Shown one piece after another: positions 62,494-64,000 of a DNA stretch of 64,000 nt. Source of the DNA: Candidatus Latescibacterota bacterium. GTDB lineage: Bacteria > Latescibacterota > UBA2968. The translations under genes were made by a program, and so were the position numbers. Numbering within the stretch: the stretch's first letter is position 1; the number at the start of each line of letters is the position of its first letter. The DNA is taken from NCBI GenBank assembly GCA_965198115.1, contig OZ240241.1:3456001-3520000 (forward strand), written 5' to 3'. The notes under the pieces are model-generated. The model was not told the origin of the DNA, did no database searches, and saw only the letters and a list, made by a program, of their open reading frames with translations.

Positions 62494-63665
62494 GTCGCCG
62501 AGCCTATGTCCTGCAAGCAGTCACAGCGGTGATCGTCCTCCTCATGCTCGTGGCCAACCTCAAGCGCTGGTTCCTCACGAATCAGCTGACCTGGGCCTAT
62601 ATCGGGATCCTCGCAACATCTCTTACCTTTACGCTCGTCCCGATCGTCCACGCGATCGCAGTGCGTCTCGGGGCCATCGACAACCCGGGTGGAAGAAAGA
62701 CCCACGATTCTCCCACCCCTTTAATGGGTGGCACGGCGATCTTCCTGGGCTACGCCCTCGTCATGATCCTGGGCAAGGACATCCTCAACTTGAGCATCGA
62801 ACTCAAGGCGGTCGCCTGGGGTGGGAGTCTCGTCTTCCTCGTCGGCATCCTGGACGACATCTGGGGGCTCACCGCGCGCATACGGTTGATCGCCCAGCTG
62901 CTCGCTGTCGGTATTCTCATCAAATATGGCGTCTTGCTTTCGTTCCTTCCCGACATCTGGTGGGGCGATCTCGGTGAGATCGCCATCACCATATTCTGGG
63001 TCGTCGGAATCACCAACGCGCTGAACTTCCTGGATGGCATGGATGGCCTGGCCTCGGGTTCGGCCATGATCAACGCTCTGTTCTTCGGACTCGTAGCGCT
63101 CCAGACGGACCAGAGTGTGATGATGCTCCTCTCCCTCGCCCTGGCCGGCAGCTGCCTGGGTTTCCTGCCGTTCAATTTTCGCCGGCTGACCCCTGCCAGA
63201 ATCTTCCTCGGTGACGGAGGAAGCAACCTTCTCGGCTTTACCCTCGCCGGGATTGGCATTTTGGGCAACTGGGGAACGGACAGCCTCGTCGGTCTTGCCG
63301 TTCCGATCCTGATTCTGGGTGTTCCGATCTTCGACACGACGCAGACGACGATCGTCCGCGTCACCTCCGGCAAAGTCAGGACCTTCGGGCAGTGGCTTCG
63401 TTACACCGGTCGCGATCACTTCCACCACCGACTGTCCGACCTCGGAATCGGAAATCGAAAGGCCGTTCTGGTCATCTACCTCGTGAGTATCTGGCTGGGG
63501 CTGGAGGCACTCGTGCTCAAGCACGCCCGGGGGATCGATGCTGTCTTCTCCATCATGCAAGTCGGCATCGTCTTTGCCCTGATCGGTCTCTTCATGGTGT
63601 TCGTGCAAAACCGATATGAGCGACTGGCGTCGGTCAGAGGTATCTCGTCGGACGAAAATGAGTGA
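62490..63665 (+). CDS. WecA/MraY-family undecaprenyl-phosphate HexNAc-1-phosphate transferase
   Basis: D.P..RK.H..P.P..GG, LDD, NALNFLDGMDG, IFLGDGGS, HFHHRL. Confidence 0.92.
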   Translation: MSRRAYVLQAVTAVIVLLMLVANLKRWFLTNQLTWAYIGILATSLTFTLVPIVHAIAVRLGAIDNPGGRKTHDSPTPLMGGTAIFLGYALVMILGKDILNLSIELKAVAWGGSLVFLVGILDDIWGLTARIRLIAQLLAVGILIKYGVLLSFLPDIWWGDLGEIAITIFWVVGITNALNFLDGMDGLASGSAMINALFFGLVALQTDQSVMMLLSLALAGSCLGFLPFNFRRLTPARIFLGDGGSNLLGFTLAGIGILGNWGTDSLVGLAVPILILGVPIFDTTQTTIVRVTSGKVRTFGQWLRYTGRDHFHHRLSDLGIGNRKAVLVIYLVSIWLGLEALVLKHARGIDAVFSIMQVGIVFALIGLFMVFVQNRYERLASVRGISSDENE

Positions 63666-63738
63666 AATCTCTTTACAAAGCCTGCGATTCTCTTAGGTTT
63701 AAAGATCACCACTGAATAAAACCGCGATCGAGGGAGTT

Positions 63739-64000
63739 ATGAACAAGTACACGGGATTCGACAAGGATTACGACCAGGAAGTTGTGACGGACACCCAGAC
63801 GGGCGGCAATTTCATCGATTCGGATCGCGAGTATCCGATCGAAACTCGCTGCTGCATCACGGGCGAAGTAACCAAACACAGCTTCTGCCGGTATCCCGAT
63901 CCCGTACGGGGCACCATGATGGTCATGGCGCACGACGTCATGCTGGCCTACTCCCGCGAAGGAGAAAGCCTTACCGCCGGATTCGAGCGTGTGTTGGGGT
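63739..64000 (+). CDS. Hypothetical protein, runs off window end
   Basis: AGGGAG RBS; open frame MNKYTGFDKDYDQEVV... to the window edge. Confidence 0.55.
   Translation, partial: MNKYTGFDKDYDQEVVTDTQTGGNFIDSDREYPIETRCCITGEVTKHSFCRYPDPVRGTMMVMAHDVMLAYSREGESLTAGFERVLG

Noticed and set aside
34694-64000. Second att site repeating the tRNA 3' end
   Set aside because: Only short chance matches were found by eye (e.g. GGGCCCACC near 59497 inside a CDS).

Overview
GC-rich bacterial window, probably FCB superphylum and Latescibacterota-like (inferred from porX-tsaE linkage and long-form IspG). It has three zones. (1) 1-31.4 kb is mostly intact core: an exported atypical kinase plus TPR operon hit by IS630, M14 peptidase, KamA, UPF0182, murQ, a ClpX-like ATPase, rqcH, tsaE, a PorXY-like two-component system, rpsU, cvpA, mutS2, ispG and dnaG. 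(2) 31.5-50.4 kb holds IS1380 and IS256, tRNA-Ile2(CAT), and a decaying P4/PICI-like satellite (integrase with amber stop, primase-helicase, xis/AlpA). Behind it lie IS630, IS256 and IS91-type remnants, defence-like fragments (HNH, STAND, DNase I-like) and an intact SulP transporter. (3) 50.4-64 kb is a surface-glycan/amino-sugar cluster (2 GT4, 2 DegT, radical SAM, PHP, WbqC, PIG-L, WecA) riddled with frameshifts and ISAzo13/ISL3 insertions. Best leads: the exported FAM20/PI4K-like kinase with its TPR partner, an atypical ClpX paralogue head-to-head with cNMP-rqcH, and inverted 7-8-mer repeat arrays in three consecutive intergenic spacers. All calls come from reading motifs by eye; no searches were run.
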